51,185 nucleotides of DNA from a virus (taxonomy: Duplodnaviria > Caudoviricetes), in IMG/VR virus record IMGVR_UViG_3300027747_001067, positions 1-51,185 of that record; one strand, 5' to 3'. How positions within the stretch are numbered: the stretch's first letter is position 1; the number at the start of each line of letters is the position of its first letter. Position numbers and translations under genes: made by a program. A model generated the notes under the pieces. The model saw only the letters and a list, made by a program, of their open reading frames with translations, was not told where the DNA came from and did no database searches. Of the stretch, positions 26,514 to 36,400 are shown in pieces.

Positions 26514-27067
26514 TGGAACAAGAGACCGCACCGCTTGACATTGAAATCATCTACGACCCGGTTGCAGAGGCGCACCATGAGGGCCTTGTTCTGGATGCTA
26601 CTCGCCATCGTGTTATGCCTGATAGCGAGTTCATCCTGTGGGCCAAGCGCCACTACAAGCGCCCCACGCTGTTTGAGTACCACCACTTGGAAACCGACAA
26701 CATCGTGCTGTGCGACTGGCTGATCCGTGGCAAGGTAGCCCAGGAACTGGAAGCGTACCCCCACGATGAGCGTCCCAGTCGCGCGTTCTTGGATCTGCGT
26801 ATTGTCATGTGTGACAAGAGTGCTGACGCCATGCGCCGCAAGATGAAGCGGGCTGCTGAAGAGCGACAGGCTATTCGTGATGAAGCCGCTGCTGAGCGTC
26901 AGAACTCTGCAAAACACCTAAAGCACATGGGCTTGCATGCAGAAGCACGGGCAATGGCCAGTGGCGAAAGTTCTTTCATTGGCACCCGTGAGGGTGGTCA
27001 GTCTTTGGCTATGGCCAAGGAGGAGTTGGCTAATCTGACCCGGAACCGTATCATTACAGGCGGCTAA
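26510..27067 (+). CDS. Hypothetical protein
   Basis: 185 aa; tiles the late operon. Confidence 0.7.
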   Translation: MMEQETAPLDIEIIYDPVAEAHHEGLVLDATRHRVMPDSEFILWAKRHYKRPTLFEYHHLETDNIVLCDWLIRGKVAQELEAYPHDERPSRAFLDLRIVMCDKSADAMRRKMKRAAEERQAIRDEAAAERQNSAKHLKHMGLHAEARAMASGESSFIGTREGGQSLAMAKEELANLTRNRIITGG

Positions 27068-27069
27068 CC

Positions 27070-27999
27070 ATGGACAGTACACGCTCCCTCCTTATGACCG
27101 TCATTGAGCGCATTCGAGGCTACCTCGATGATGCAGACTTTGACGCCAAGTACACCAACCAGTTCTTGGTGCAGCATGTCATCATGCCGTCTTTGGTTGA
27201 TGTGTGGAGCCGATGTTCTTTAAGCGCGGACAACCCCGTCATGCTGGATTACAGCTTGACATTTGCTGAAAACCAGGAGTGTTACGTTCTGCCTCCGTGT
27301 GTTGGCGAGATCCACGAGATTGTTCAGTACACGGGTTCTGATGGCCGTCAGGTCAACACAGGACTTGTTACCGACGATATGCGCCCAGAGCATCCGCAAT
27401 CCCGTACGGGTCCTATCTGGATGATCGAAGGCAACATGGTGTGCTTCCGGCCTTTCCCGCAGAACCTAAACGTCACTTCAAACGGCAACAACACGTGGAT
27501 CGTTCGCTACACCACGAACGGCGACATGATGCCGCATTACTCCTCGATCAGCAATGCGGGAACACTGCAAACGTCAACTACGTTTTTGTTCTCGTCAACC
27601 CCCGACCTAGGTCTTATTGACTACCGACCAAATGCTTACGCTGGTCAGTTCCTCCGCATTCTTAGCGGCAGCATCCACGAAGAACGAGTCATTGCTTCCT
27701 ACGACCCCAATACTCGTATTGCTACTTTGATGCGTCCTTTTACGGTCACTGCGAACAGTACTACGTACGCTTACGAAGTGTGTCCGCCTCAGTCGCAGGG
27801 TATGGTTGAGGCTATTGCAATTGCTGCGGCCCTCAAGCTTGGTGCGTGGCGCAAGATCTCGCAGGCCCACGCCCAAATGCTGCAGATCCAGTATCGTTCG
27901 GCCATCAAGACCATTGGTGACAACCTGGCAAACCTGAACCTCCGTACTGGCAAGGGCTACGCAAAGGACACCCGCGACAACCCGAGGTGGCGTCCGTGA
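27070..27999 (+). CDS. Putative head-tail adaptor/tail protein
   Basis: IERIRGYLDDA..., QECYVLPP, MVCFRPFP and helical C-terminus fit a phage adaptor; position after the capsid block. Confidence 0.6.
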   Translation: MDSTRSLLMTVIERIRGYLDDADFDAKYTNQFLVQHVIMPSLVDVWSRCSLSADNPVMLDYSLTFAENQECYVLPPCVGEIHEIVQYTGSDGRQVNTGLVTDDMRPEHPQSRTGPIWMIEGNMVCFRPFPQNLNVTSNGNNTWIVRYTTNGDMMPHYSSISNAGTLQTSTTFLFSSTPDLGLIDYRPNAYAGQFLRILSGSIHEERVIASYDPNTRIATLMRPFTVTANSTTYAYEVCPPQSQGMVEAIAIAAALKLGAWRKISQAHAQMLQIQYRSAIKTIGDNLANLNLRTGKGYAKDTRDNPRWRP

Positions 28000-28553
28000 G
28001 CCTGTGGTTTCAGGCTCCCCCTTCTAACTACGATCCGACCGAAACCAGGTCAGTTGGGTTCGGTCAGATCAGGCGTGGTGGTTCCATCTTCGGCGAGCCG
28101 CAAGACAGCGAAACTTCCCAGATGTCCGCTGCCGCTGGCGGTATTACGCAGAACTTTTCGTCCAAGGTCAGCATCAGCCCAACAATTGATACGTCATTCA
28201 ACTTTGACGGGCCATACTTCAACAACAACTCGATGACGTTGACCAACGCCATCAACAACAACATCCTGCAGAACTTTCAGGTCAACAACCTGATGCAGAC
28301 CATTGAGAACATTGTGCAGCTTTTTTCCGTCGGCTTTACCGACAACAACTATGATAACCGCATCACCGCCCTTGAGCAGTGGCGTGCAACCGGCTTTGAT
28401 GCTGATCCGACTCTGATTGTTATGCGGGATTGGTCGTTTGACGGCACTACCATCAAAAACGAGTACTCCGGGTTTACGGTTGTTAATGGGTTGATTACTG
28501 CTGTTGACAACACTCTGCCTGATGGTGACACCGCAACTACCGCTTGTCCATAA
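27996..28553 (+). CDS. Putative virion structural protein
   Basis: N/T/S-rich; DNRITALEQ coil; FTVVNGLITAV fibre-like motif. Confidence 0.6.
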   Translation: MSLWFQAPPSNYDPTETRSVGFGQIRRGGSIFGEPQDSETSQMSAAAGGITQNFSSKVSISPTIDTSFNFDGPYFNNNSMTLTNAINNNILQNFQVNNLMQTIENIVQLFSVGFTDNNYDNRITALEQWRATGFDADPTLIVMRDWSFDGTTIKNEYSGFTVVNGLITAVDNTLPDGDTATTACP

Positions 28554-28556
28554 GCC

Positions 28557-28853
28557 ATGGGGAACCTTCGTAGGCTTGGAAGTAATTTACTTAGAGTGGG
28601 CGGCGTTTTGGCTTCAAGCGCTGCTTGTTGTTGTAATGTTGGTGCTTGCTGCATAAATGGTGTTTGCAGCTCCAAAACTCAAGCTGCGTGTACAAGTGCA
28701 GGTGGAACTTGGAAAGGTCTTGGAACTACGTGTGGTTGTGCCTCGGGCGCTTGCGTTGACATTTGCGATACAATTTGCCCTGGAGATCCGTGCGGATCTG
28801 GTAGTGGTTCTGGTTCCGGTCAGGCTTTCAATGGTTTTGGTCTAGAGTTTTGA
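28557..28853 (+). CDS. Cysteine-rich protein with a GACC repeat
   Basis: AACCCNVGACCINGVCSSKTQAACTSAGGTWKGLGTTC... Confidence 0.7.
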   Translation: MGNLRRLGSNLLRVGGVLASSAACCCNVGACCINGVCSSKTQAACTSAGGTWKGLGTTCGCASGACVDICDTICPGDPCGSGSGSGSGQAFNGFGLEF

Positions 28854-29860
28854 TTCAGGTTTACCATTCATACTGGAGTGCTGGCTACGCAGGAACCCCT
28901 GATCCTTTCTTGGTTGATTTACATCGCCTCTCTGCTTACTTGGCCAAGAAACACTACGGGAACGTTCATCTTGTTACGGACTCTCGTGCCGTTGGGTCAT
29001 TGGGAAATTTGGGCTACGACTCCGTAAGCACCGAATTGGATCAGCTTCCAACAAAGTACGCACAGGTTTGGTCGCTTGGCAAGATCTGGACTTACATCCA
29101 CGCTGCATCTAAGGGTCAGCCATTTATGCACATTGACTATGATGTGCTGCTGTGGAAACCACTTCCCGTAGAGATGACAAGCAGCCTTTTGTTTGCTGAG
29201 CGCATTGAGCTGGAGGTCAACAAGCGATACGGAGTCAAGCGGTTCTTTAGTCAGTGCCCAAATCCACACGACCTTGCGGGGGCAGAAGACCTAGACGGAG
29301 CGATTAACGCCGGAATTGTGGGGGGACACAACACAGACTTCTTGCGAGAGGCTTACAGTAAGGCATGGGATCTTGTCATGGATCCGGTCAACGTCGACTA
29401 CATGACTGGGCCCCCAGATTTTCACTCTCCATCTTGGGCACGTGCAACCATTGCTGAGCAACTTTACTTTTACCACTACGCTAGGAAGCACAACCAGAAC
29501 ATCGTCTGCTTGCTTAACACCTTGTTGAACAGGGATAAGGACAAGGAAGCAAGTGAGCTTGGTTACACCCACATTTGGGGTGCAAAAAGCAACAAAGAGA
29601 TTAGAGCAAGGGTCCTAGCCAAGTGCAGGGAGTTTGGTTTACCCGTTGCCAGTGAGGAGCATGGGGTAAAATGGCTAGCCAAGGGAGCAGTCAAAGCTGC
29701 CCAAGCATTGATTCTTGAGGAAACTGAGCAGTCCAAGGCCCGCCTTGCCATCTGCGGTGTGTGCGACCAGTGGACCGGTACGACCTGCAAGGTGTGTGGG
29801 TGCTTCACCAAACTCAAGGTCAAAATCCCGGAAGAGAAGTGTCCTCTCGGGAAGTGGTGA
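28850..29860 (+). CDS. GT-A glycosyltransferase-like (DUF6734-like) protein with a C-terminal Cys cluster
   Basis: HLVTDS, WSLGKIWTY, PFMHIDYDVLLW (DxD), INAGIVGG, AEQ, YTHIWG; tail RLAICGVC...CKVCGCF...CPLGKW. Confidence 0.7.
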   Translation: MIQVYHSYWSAGYAGTPDPFLVDLHRLSAYLAKKHYGNVHLVTDSRAVGSLGNLGYDSVSTELDQLPTKYAQVWSLGKIWTYIHAASKGQPFMHIDYDVLLWKPLPVEMTSSLLFAERIELEVNKRYGVKRFFSQCPNPHDLAGAEDLDGAINAGIVGGHNTDFLREAYSKAWDLVMDPVNVDYMTGPPDFHSPSWARATIAEQLYFYHYARKHNQNIVCLLNTLLNRDKDKEASELGYTHIWGAKSNKEIRARVLAKCREFGLPVASEEHGVKWLAKGAVKAAQALILEETEQSKARLAICGVCDQWTGTTCKVCGCFTKLKVKIPEEKCPLGKW

Positions 29861-29866
29861 TATACT
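29858..29866 (+). promoter_or_regulatory. Possible extended -10 promoter
   Basis: TG-A-TATACT, followed by a C6/G6 hairpin and AGGAG RBS, upstream of the membrane-protein cluster. Confidence 0.4.
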
Positions 29867-29904
29867 TTGCGGGTCCCCCCACGTCGGGGGGTTAGGAGAA
29901 ACAA

Positions 29905-30024
29905 ATGGACGCATTCATCGGTAGCATCTGGTTTGGTGTCATGCTCTTTGCCTTTGGTTACATCGGTGGCAACATCCTGCCCCTGGGCAAGATCACGTCG
30001 TGGATCTCCGACAAGCTTGGCTGA
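29905..30024 (+). CDS. Small membrane protein (holin-like candidate)
   Basis: Manual translation MDAFIGSIWFGVMLFAFGYIGGNILPLGKITSWISDKLG; TAGGAG RBS. Confidence 0.65.
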   Translation: MDAFIGSIWFGVMLFAFGYIGGNILPLGKITSWISDKLG

Positions 30025-30533
30025 TCCTTTCGGTCACTCTGGTTCTAGGGTGTTCGGCCTCCCAGCACATCGCTGAGGAGGCCAACACCATTTCGGCCAG
30101 CGCTGAAAACATCGTCAAGCTAGCGGAGCAAATCCGCCATACTTCTAAAGAAGTAGAGTCGATTCGTACCGCTACCGACATCAAGAACGAAGCCCTGCAG
30201 ATCCGTGATGGCGTAGCGGAAATCCATGCCACCCTCCCCGGCGTTCGGGACGTGACCCCTTGGTGGGCCTCCCTGATCCAGTGGGGTCTTATCGCTCTCG
30301 TGGGGGGATTCGTGGTGTGGATCCTGTACTCTACCGGGGCTGTGACCGCTATCCGCATTGCCGTTGGCTGGCTCCCCCGCCGCAAGGTGCAGGAGGCCCA
30401 GATTGCTGTGGCTGCCCTTGACGACTCTCGACCTGAAACTGCTCGAGAATGGCTGGCTGCCCGCCGGGCTGCTGACCCAGAGTTCAATGCCGCATGGCTC
30501 AAAGCCAAGGAGAAGACTGATGGACACCAATGA
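30000..30533 (+). CDS. Lipoprotein with downstream TM helix (spanin-like candidate)
   Basis: Lipobox LVLG-C, coiled coil, TM segment WWASLIQWGLIALVGGFVVWILY. Confidence 0.6.
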   Translation: MDLRQAWLILSVTLVLGCSASQHIAEEANTISASAENIVKLAEQIRHTSKEVESIRTATDIKNEALQIRDGVAEIHATLPGVRDVTPWWASLIQWGLIALVGGFVVWILYSTGAVTAIRIAVGWLPRRKVQEAQIAVAALDDSRPETAREWLAARRAADPEFNAAWLKAKEKTDGHQ

Positions 30534-30891
30534 CGTGCTGAAGATCCACGAAAACATTTGTGTACATGCCCAGTCTTTGATGCGTAAGAAGCAAGCTGAT
30601 TACACAAGCGGTGAGGACCAGCCCTTCCGCAACTTCCAGTTGGGACCCCTTCTGGGAGTGGGCAATGTGCAGCAGGGCATCTTTATTCGGTTCCTAGACA
30701 AGGTGAGCCGGCTGTCGACCTACATGGCCAAGGGCAAGTTCCAGGTCAACGAGTCCCTGCAGGACACCATTGTGGACGCCATCAACTACTTGGTTCTTCT
30801 GAAGGCGTCGGTTATCCTCGAAGAGTCCAAGTCCGTGAATAATCCAGAGGAGATTCGTTGTGGATGCCCAGCCTGTTCAACTAAAGCCTAG
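30520..30891 (+). CDS. DUF1599/Nmad1-like nucleotide-modification-associated protein
   Basis: KKQADY...PFRNF...IRFLDKVSRL...ESLQDTIVDAINYLVLL. Confidence 0.8.
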   Translation: MDTNDVLKIHENICVHAQSLMRKKQADYTSGEDQPFRNFQLGPLLGVGNVQQGIFIRFLDKVSRLSTYMAKGKFQVNESLQDTIVDAINYLVLLKASVILEESKSVNNPEEIRCGCPACSTKA

Positions 30892-31150
30892 CTTGTTTCA
30901 GTACGCGACTCTGGCATTCCAGGCAATCACGGCGGTGTCCGTGATCTATGGCCTAGTTAGCATCCCCATCGAGATTGGCCGCAAGGACCAGATCCTCATG
31001 CAGCAGCAGAAGAGCACCGACGAACTACATTCGGTGGTCCAAGATTTGGTGAAGACCACCATCAACCTGACCGGCACTGACCGCGTCCATGACCGGGACC
31101 TGAACGATCTGCGCTCCCGGCTGGAACGGCTGGAGAGCAAGCGTGGCTGA
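30860..31150 (+). CDS. Membrane-anchored coiled-coil protein (holin-like candidate)
   Basis: N-terminal TM helix, then coil ending LRSRLERLE. Confidence 0.6.
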   Translation: MDAQPVQLKPSLFQYATLAFQAITAVSVIYGLVSIPIEIGRKDQILMQQQKSTDELHSVVQDLVKTTINLTGTDRVHDRDLNDLRSRLERLESKRG

Positions 31151-33452
31151 TATTGATACCAGTTGGTCGTGGAATTTTACGGGGCCAACGACCATGTCGA
31201 AGGCCCAGTCTCGATCTTCTCTTCCCAAGGAAATCTCCTGGGACCTGATTGGCTTTGACGGTAACGAGGTTGGGTCGCTGCGTACGCACCCCGGCTTCAA
31301 GTCCATTGACACATTTACCCCAATTGATAGCGTGGCAAACGTCATCGGGTTCTTCCCTGTTGCCTTGCTAACTTCCAGTACTACATACGTTTACGGTTAC
31401 GTATGGGCTGAGTACGTGGCCAGTGGCCCGTCAATCAAGTTCTACGCGCGGTTCAACGACGGAACTAACTGGCTTACTCCTGACGGTAGCTCAAATGCCA
31501 GCGGACTTTTGCAAACGTACACCGACGCGGCGTTGACTAGCTCAACGGACATTGACGTGCAAGTGTCTGGACGTTTCTTGATGCTGTTTGTTCGTGGACA
31601 GAAGCCCCGCATCCTGGTGGTTGCAGTGCCCGGCACCTGGAACACCAGCACCACAAATGCTGATCTTGGTCCCGGCGATGCTCCTCTTGCCACCGCACAG
31701 TCAGCACGGGCCGTTACTACAGCTACTTCGGGCAATCCATTCTACGTAGCAAACTACAGCATCGGCACGGGGCCCACGTACACGGCTGGTAATTACTCGT
31801 TTGCAGTTCAGTACTTGAGCACAACCACGGGACGTAAGTCGGCCCTATCCAACGTGGTTACTATCACCACAACGAGTTCCAATAACAAAATCAACTTCAG
31901 TGTAATCCGTCCTAGTGCTGCCTATGACAGGGCCTTGATCTACCGAAGCGTAAACCTGGGCACCGGATCTGGTGCGTCGGCTTACGGCAACGGAACGCTC
32001 CACCTAGATCAGACCGTAACTCTTGGTAGTACAGCAGCATCTGGGTACATCAGCATCCCAGATACGCAGGTGGTGTATCAAGACATTTACGTAGATCAAG
32101 GCAAGGCAGACACCTACGGACCCAAGGGCGGCGTTGCTGGGTTCATGGGCAATACCCTGTTTGTCTCCCGCATTTCCGACTCGTCCAGCAGTGCACCCAC
32201 GGGAGGCGGCATTACGCCTGATAGCCCCCCACGTGCCATTGGTGACATGCGGTGGTCCGCCACCAGTCAGATGTCGCCGGAGAACTTCAACCCCTCTAAC
32301 CGCTGGGTGCCCCGTACACCGGGCAACGAGATCATTGGTATGCGTGGCTTGGGTAACTACATGATTGCCTTGAGCTCCGACCGCCTGTACCGAGTGGGCC
32401 GAGCGGGTGCATTCATTAAGGTGGAAGAGGGCCACTTGGGTTACGGCCTGCAGGGCAAGTACGCGCTCGAGGCCATTGGCACGATGGTCTACTTTGTGTC
32501 AGGCGGCGGACTCAAGGCGGTCAGTTCAGACGGCCAGGTTGAGGACGTGACCTCTCTGGACAACCTGATCAACGTGACCTGGGCCTCTACCCGCTCCACG
32601 CTGCAGTTGGCATTTGACGCCCGCGGCCAGTGCCTCACCGTTATGCAGCCAGATACAGGCAGCGGACTGGCTAACGGCCGTGCAGCCATCTTGTGGTTTG
32701 GTACTAACCGCGTGACCGAACTGGCTGACCTACCCTTTCGATGGGCCCGCACTGGCTACTACACCGCAAGTGGGAGCCTGCAGCGTCGTACCCTGTTTGT
32801 CAAGCGCGATTCCACCACAACTCTGGGCGTCTACATTGTGGACCACGAGCGCTCGGTGGCCTACCCCAAGAACCTCTGTGGGGGGACCGCCCGGTTTGTA
32901 ACGACGTCTGCAGTAACTCCAACTGCTCAGGAGTTTGACTGCTCGGCCTACAAGATTTCCGACGGGGTTCGCAGTCTTGTTGATACGGTCAAGGGCGGCC
33001 ATGCGTCTAATGTCTACTCGCTAGCCCCCATGCTTCAGCAGTGGGTTGGCGGCAACATTGGTACCCAGGTCCAACCTGATCAGCCGGAGTTCAAGGACTT
33101 CTTCCGCCAGAAGCAGATCTCCTCTGCCCGTTCTTACTTTGAAACTCTGGCAGTTCCAGCCAACCTACCTACCACGGCAACGTGGCGTGGCGTGGCATAT
33201 CGTGGCTCAGAGACTACCGAGTATGCGTCCGGTCAACCTTTGGGCCACACGGGGATTGCCTTGGGTAGTTTCAGCACGGACAACACTAACCCCGGCTATT
33301 TGGCAAATGCCCCGCTGGGCACAGGCCGGCACGGCATTTTGTGGTCTAGCTTGAGCCCTGGGTGGCGTTGCGATGTCGTGGGCATTGACACCCGTCTTCT
33401 TGCGTTCTCGGTTGTAGGAAGGATACTTGACAGCGACCGGAGGTACACCTAA
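31143..33452 (+). CDS. Putative tail nozzle/DNA-stabilisation protein (podovirus-like)
   Basis: 769 aa beta-rich; GDMRWS...PENF, EIIGMRGLGNYMIAL and MVYFVSGGGL resemble P22 gp10/T7 gp12-type propellers. Confidence 0.65.
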   Translation: MADIDTSWSWNFTGPTTMSKAQSRSSLPKEISWDLIGFDGNEVGSLRTHPGFKSIDTFTPIDSVANVIGFFPVALLTSSTTYVYGYVWAEYVASGPSIKFYARFNDGTNWLTPDGSSNASGLLQTYTDAALTSSTDIDVQVSGRFLMLFVRGQKPRILVVAVPGTWNTSTTNADLGPGDAPLATAQSARAVTTATSGNPFYVANYSIGTGPTYTAGNYSFAVQYLSTTTGRKSALSNVVTITTTSSNNKINFSVIRPSAAYDRALIYRSVNLGTGSGASAYGNGTLHLDQTVTLGSTAASGYISIPDTQVVYQDIYVDQGKADTYGPKGGVAGFMGNTLFVSRISDSSSSAPTGGGITPDSPPRAIGDMRWSATSQMSPENFNPSNRWVPRTPGNEIIGMRGLGNYMIALSSDRLYRVGRAGAFIKVEEGHLGYGLQGKYALEAIGTMVYFVSGGGLKAVSSDGQVEDVTSLDNLINVTWASTRSTLQLAFDARGQCLTVMQPDTGSGLANGRAAILWFGTNRVTELADLPFRWARTGYYTASGSLQRRTLFVKRDSTTTLGVYIVDHERSVAYPKNLCGGTARFVTTSAVTPTAQEFDCSAYKISDGVRSLVDTVKGGHASNVYSLAPMLQQWVGGNIGTQVQPDQPEFKDFFRQKQISSARSYFETLAVPANLPTTATWRGVAYRGSETTEYASGQPLGHTGIALGSFSTDNTNPGYLANAPLGTGRHGILWSSLSPGWRCDVVGIDTRLLAFSVVGRILDSDRRYT

Positions 33453-34693
33453 TGCCGACTCCCACTTACAAGCCCAACACCAACGGATTCAACTTCGACA
33501 AGAACGCTTTCATGAGCCAACTGTCGGGTATGGGTCTTGGCAATGCCATGCAGAACTTTGGTGGTGGCTACAGCCAGACTCCAAACTATGCCTTGAACAT
33601 TGGCAACTACAACGAACCTGCGACCAAGAGCATTCAAAGCCTGCTGCCCTCTGGCAAGCCTACGTTCCAGCATCAGGGCATGGGCACGTTCCAGCAGCAG
33701 CCCATTCAGGGCCCCAGCGTTCAGCAGATGTGGGGGGGCATGCTGCGTGACCTGAACGTGCGTGACCAGCTTAACCAGCAGAACTTTGCTCGCCAGCAAA
33801 ATGCTGCGGACATGTTTCTGAACAAGTCCACTGCTGCTGCAGAAGCCACCAAGAACGCGGCAACGCCCATGTTTGACAAGGCTTACGCCTTCCAGCAACA
33901 GGGTCAGCAGCAGGCAGCCAAGGATTTTGATCTTTTCCAGAAGCAGTTGGGTGAAGCCGACAAGGCGATGCAGGCCACACAGAACCAGGTGGGCCAGATC
34001 TACAACCAGGCACTTGGCCAAGTTGGCCAGGGCATTGACCGCGTGGCGTCAGATGCTGCTGCTGCTATTGCTCAGCGCAAGGCGTCTGACGTGGATCAGA
34101 TCATGGGCGAGATTGGTGGCTTTGCCGGAACCGAATCTCAGATCCAGGAAGCCGCTCGCCAAAAGGCTTCCGGTTACGACCGTGATCTATTTGGCACCAT
34201 CGCGGGCATTCAGGCCAACGCCGCGCAGCAGCGTGCACAGGTGCTGCAGGGCAAGGCTGGAACCATGGCTTCCCTTGGCTCCTCTCTTGCAGGCATGAAG
34301 CAGAGCTCTGCAAAGATGGGCTTTGACGCAGCCGCCAACAAGAATCAGTGGAACGAGTTTGGTGCCAACATTGCCATGGCTCATGGCAAGCTGCAGCAGG
34401 ACGTTGCAAACAACTATGCCCAGCTGACCAACATGGGCTACGCCAACTACGCCCAGATGATCCAGCAGAACCCCGTGTTGGGTGTAACCATCACCCCCAC
34501 TCTGCTTGCAATGTCTGAGGCTGCTCAGTCTTACGGCAACCAGAACCTGGCTCGAATTAGTCCAACTACTATTAGTGGTGGTGGTGCACCCGGCAGCAAC
34601 TTTACGTACGACTACGGCTTTGGCCAGAGGTTCGTCAACCCAATGGATGTCTTTGGTGGCCCACAGCAGCGCCAAAACGTCAACTTTATCTAA
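33452..34693 (+). CDS. Putative internal virion/DNA ejection protein
   Basis: 413 aa rich in Q/A/G/N, helical, after the tail gene. Confidence 0.6.
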   Translation: MPTPTYKPNTNGFNFDKNAFMSQLSGMGLGNAMQNFGGGYSQTPNYALNIGNYNEPATKSIQSLLPSGKPTFQHQGMGTFQQQPIQGPSVQQMWGGMLRDLNVRDQLNQQNFARQQNAADMFLNKSTAAAEATKNAATPMFDKAYAFQQQGQQQAAKDFDLFQKQLGEADKAMQATQNQVGQIYNQALGQVGQGIDRVASDAAAAIAQRKASDVDQIMGEIGGFAGTESQIQEAARQKASGYDRDLFGTIAGIQANAAQQRAQVLQGKAGTMASLGSSLAGMKQSSAKMGFDAAANKNQWNEFGANIAMAHGKLQQDVANNYAQLTNMGYANYAQMIQQNPVLGVTITPTLLAMSEAAQSYGNQNLARISPTTISGGGAPGSNFTYDYGFGQRFVNPMDVFGGPQQRQNVNFI

Positions 34694-34702
34694 GGACTAG
34701 CC

Positions 34703-36391
34703 ATGCCACAGAATACTCCCAACTACATGGACGATCCGAACCAGGACATCTACCAGATGCTGGCTCAGCGCAACATGGCTAACCGCAGCTATGGTGGTGG
34801 GGGTGGTGGGGGTGGCAACGAAATTGACATCATGAATGCTCGTGATGCCCTTGACCAGTTGGCTGAGGGCCGCGCCGACCAACGTGGGCTTCGCAACCGC
34901 GCTCTTGATGCAATGGCTCGACGGGCAGAACGCCGCGCGGACATCGAGTCACAAGGCGCAACCATGGACCTCAACAAGCAGTTCATGGAGGACGTTGCCA
35001 AGCGTAAGATGGAGCTTCTTATCCAGGAAAACCAGTTGAACCTGGAAATGTCGCGCGCCGAAATGGAAGGCGACCCCGCGATGTTGGAGAAGAAGAACGA
35101 GCTTGAAAAGCAGCGTGCCGACATTAGTGCACGCGAAAATGCTGCTTACGCTGAAATGGCCAAGCGTGACTCCGAACACGGCAAGGCTTTTTCAAATCGT
35201 GTTGGTGAACTTACCATGTACAGGGATAGCCTTAATGAGTGGAACGCCAAGCACAAGGGCTCCCTTAATGCTGAAGGTACTATTTCCTCATTGCTTAATG
35301 ATCCGTCTAAGTACGGACACGTTGCAAACTGGGACCGGTGGGGCGCTGATACCCTTGTTGAGAACATTGGCGAGGGCCTTATCGAGAAGTTTTATAGTGG
35401 TGACAAGGTCAAGGATCTGGAAATTGCACGCAAGATGGGTATTGCGGATATGGGTGCCATGCCTAGCCGTATGGAAGGTCTCATTGCCGCTGCTGCTCGT
35501 TACGGTGGAAAGGACTCCAGTCTGCTTTCCTACATGGATCAGAGCGCTGCGCCAGACAGCTTCAGAGAGTCGCAGGCTCAAACGCAGTTGCGACGGTACA
35601 GCAGTGAAACCTACCAGCGTGACGCCGACGCTTTCTCAAACGATCTGCTTAGCAACATTGTGGTCAAAGGTCTGTCTAACTCCGGTATGGATTTGAACCA
35701 AGATGGTGCCCGTATGGCCGTCAACAAAGTCCTGGGCATCTTGAATGACGCTACCCGTAGCACCTCCACCAACCCCAACGAGGTAAGTGAAGCAGTTCTA
35801 AAGTCTTTGGAGCCTGCGGCTACCGCAATCTTTGGTGTCAATGAGGGCAGTAGGGCTGTGCCCAAGTTGGTGCAGGCCATTCAGAGCTCGCTTTCTGAAG
35901 CCCAGACTTTGGCCGGCAAGTACGGCAGCGAAGTCATGGGAGCGGGTGGCGTTATTGGGTTTGACAACATTCAAAAGGCAGCCGTGGCCCACGCCCTTAA
36001 GCGCAGCGGTTCTCTGAGTATGGCGCTGAAGGCTGCGGTGAATGGCAAGGTATTCACCGCAGACCAAATTTCTTTGGCTCTTGGAGAGGTTGGACACTTG
36101 GCAGATGCTTCTACTGGCAAGCTGGATTACGGCCTGCTTAACGTGGATCCCAAGTCTGAAGAAGGCCGCATGATTCGTGCGGTCCTTGGCGGCGAACGAG
36201 TGGCCGGCCTTGAGGATTTGATCCGCGCCCGTAAAGCCCGCACAACCGAACAAGAGGCAGCTACATCCAAGTTGAAGGGTATTGAGAGCGAGTTCTCTCG
36301 CGAGATTCCTGCCCTTGAACTGAAGCGCAAGATGACTGTAAATGAGCGCAAGCAAGCAATCTTGGCTGAGAAGGTCAAGCGTTTGCGGTAA
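34703..36391 (+). CDS. Putative internal virion protein
   Basis: 562 aa, helical/coiled coil. Confidence 0.6.
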   Translation: MPQNTPNYMDDPNQDIYQMLAQRNMANRSYGGGGGGGGNEIDIMNARDALDQLAEGRADQRGLRNRALDAMARRAERRADIESQGATMDLNKQFMEDVAKRKMELLIQENQLNLEMSRAEMEGDPAMLEKKNELEKQRADISARENAAYAEMAKRDSEHGKAFSNRVGELTMYRDSLNEWNAKHKGSLNAEGTISSLLNDPSKYGHVANWDRWGADTLVENIGEGLIEKFYSGDKVKDLEIARKMGIADMGAMPSRMEGLIAAAARYGGKDSSLLSYMDQSAAPDSFRESQAQTQLRRYSSETYQRDADAFSNDLLSNIVVKGLSNSGMDLNQDGARMAVNKVLGILNDATRSTSTNPNEVSEAVLKSLEPAATAIFGVNEGSRAVPKLVQAIQSSLSEAQTLAGKYGSEVMGAGGVIGFDNIQKAAVAHALKRSGSLSMALKAAVNGKVFTADQISLALGEVGHLADASTGKLDYGLLNVDPKSEEGRMIRAVLGGERVAGLEDLIRARKARTTEQEAATSKLKGIESEFSREIPALELKRKMTVNERKQAILAEKVKRLR

Positions 36392-36400
36392 GCTACCGTC

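Noticed and set aside
34790-34818. GGTGGTGGGGGTGGTGGGGGTGGC tract as a G-quadruplex or contingency locus
   Set aside because: Encodes an in-frame poly-Gly linker; single occurrence with no other support.
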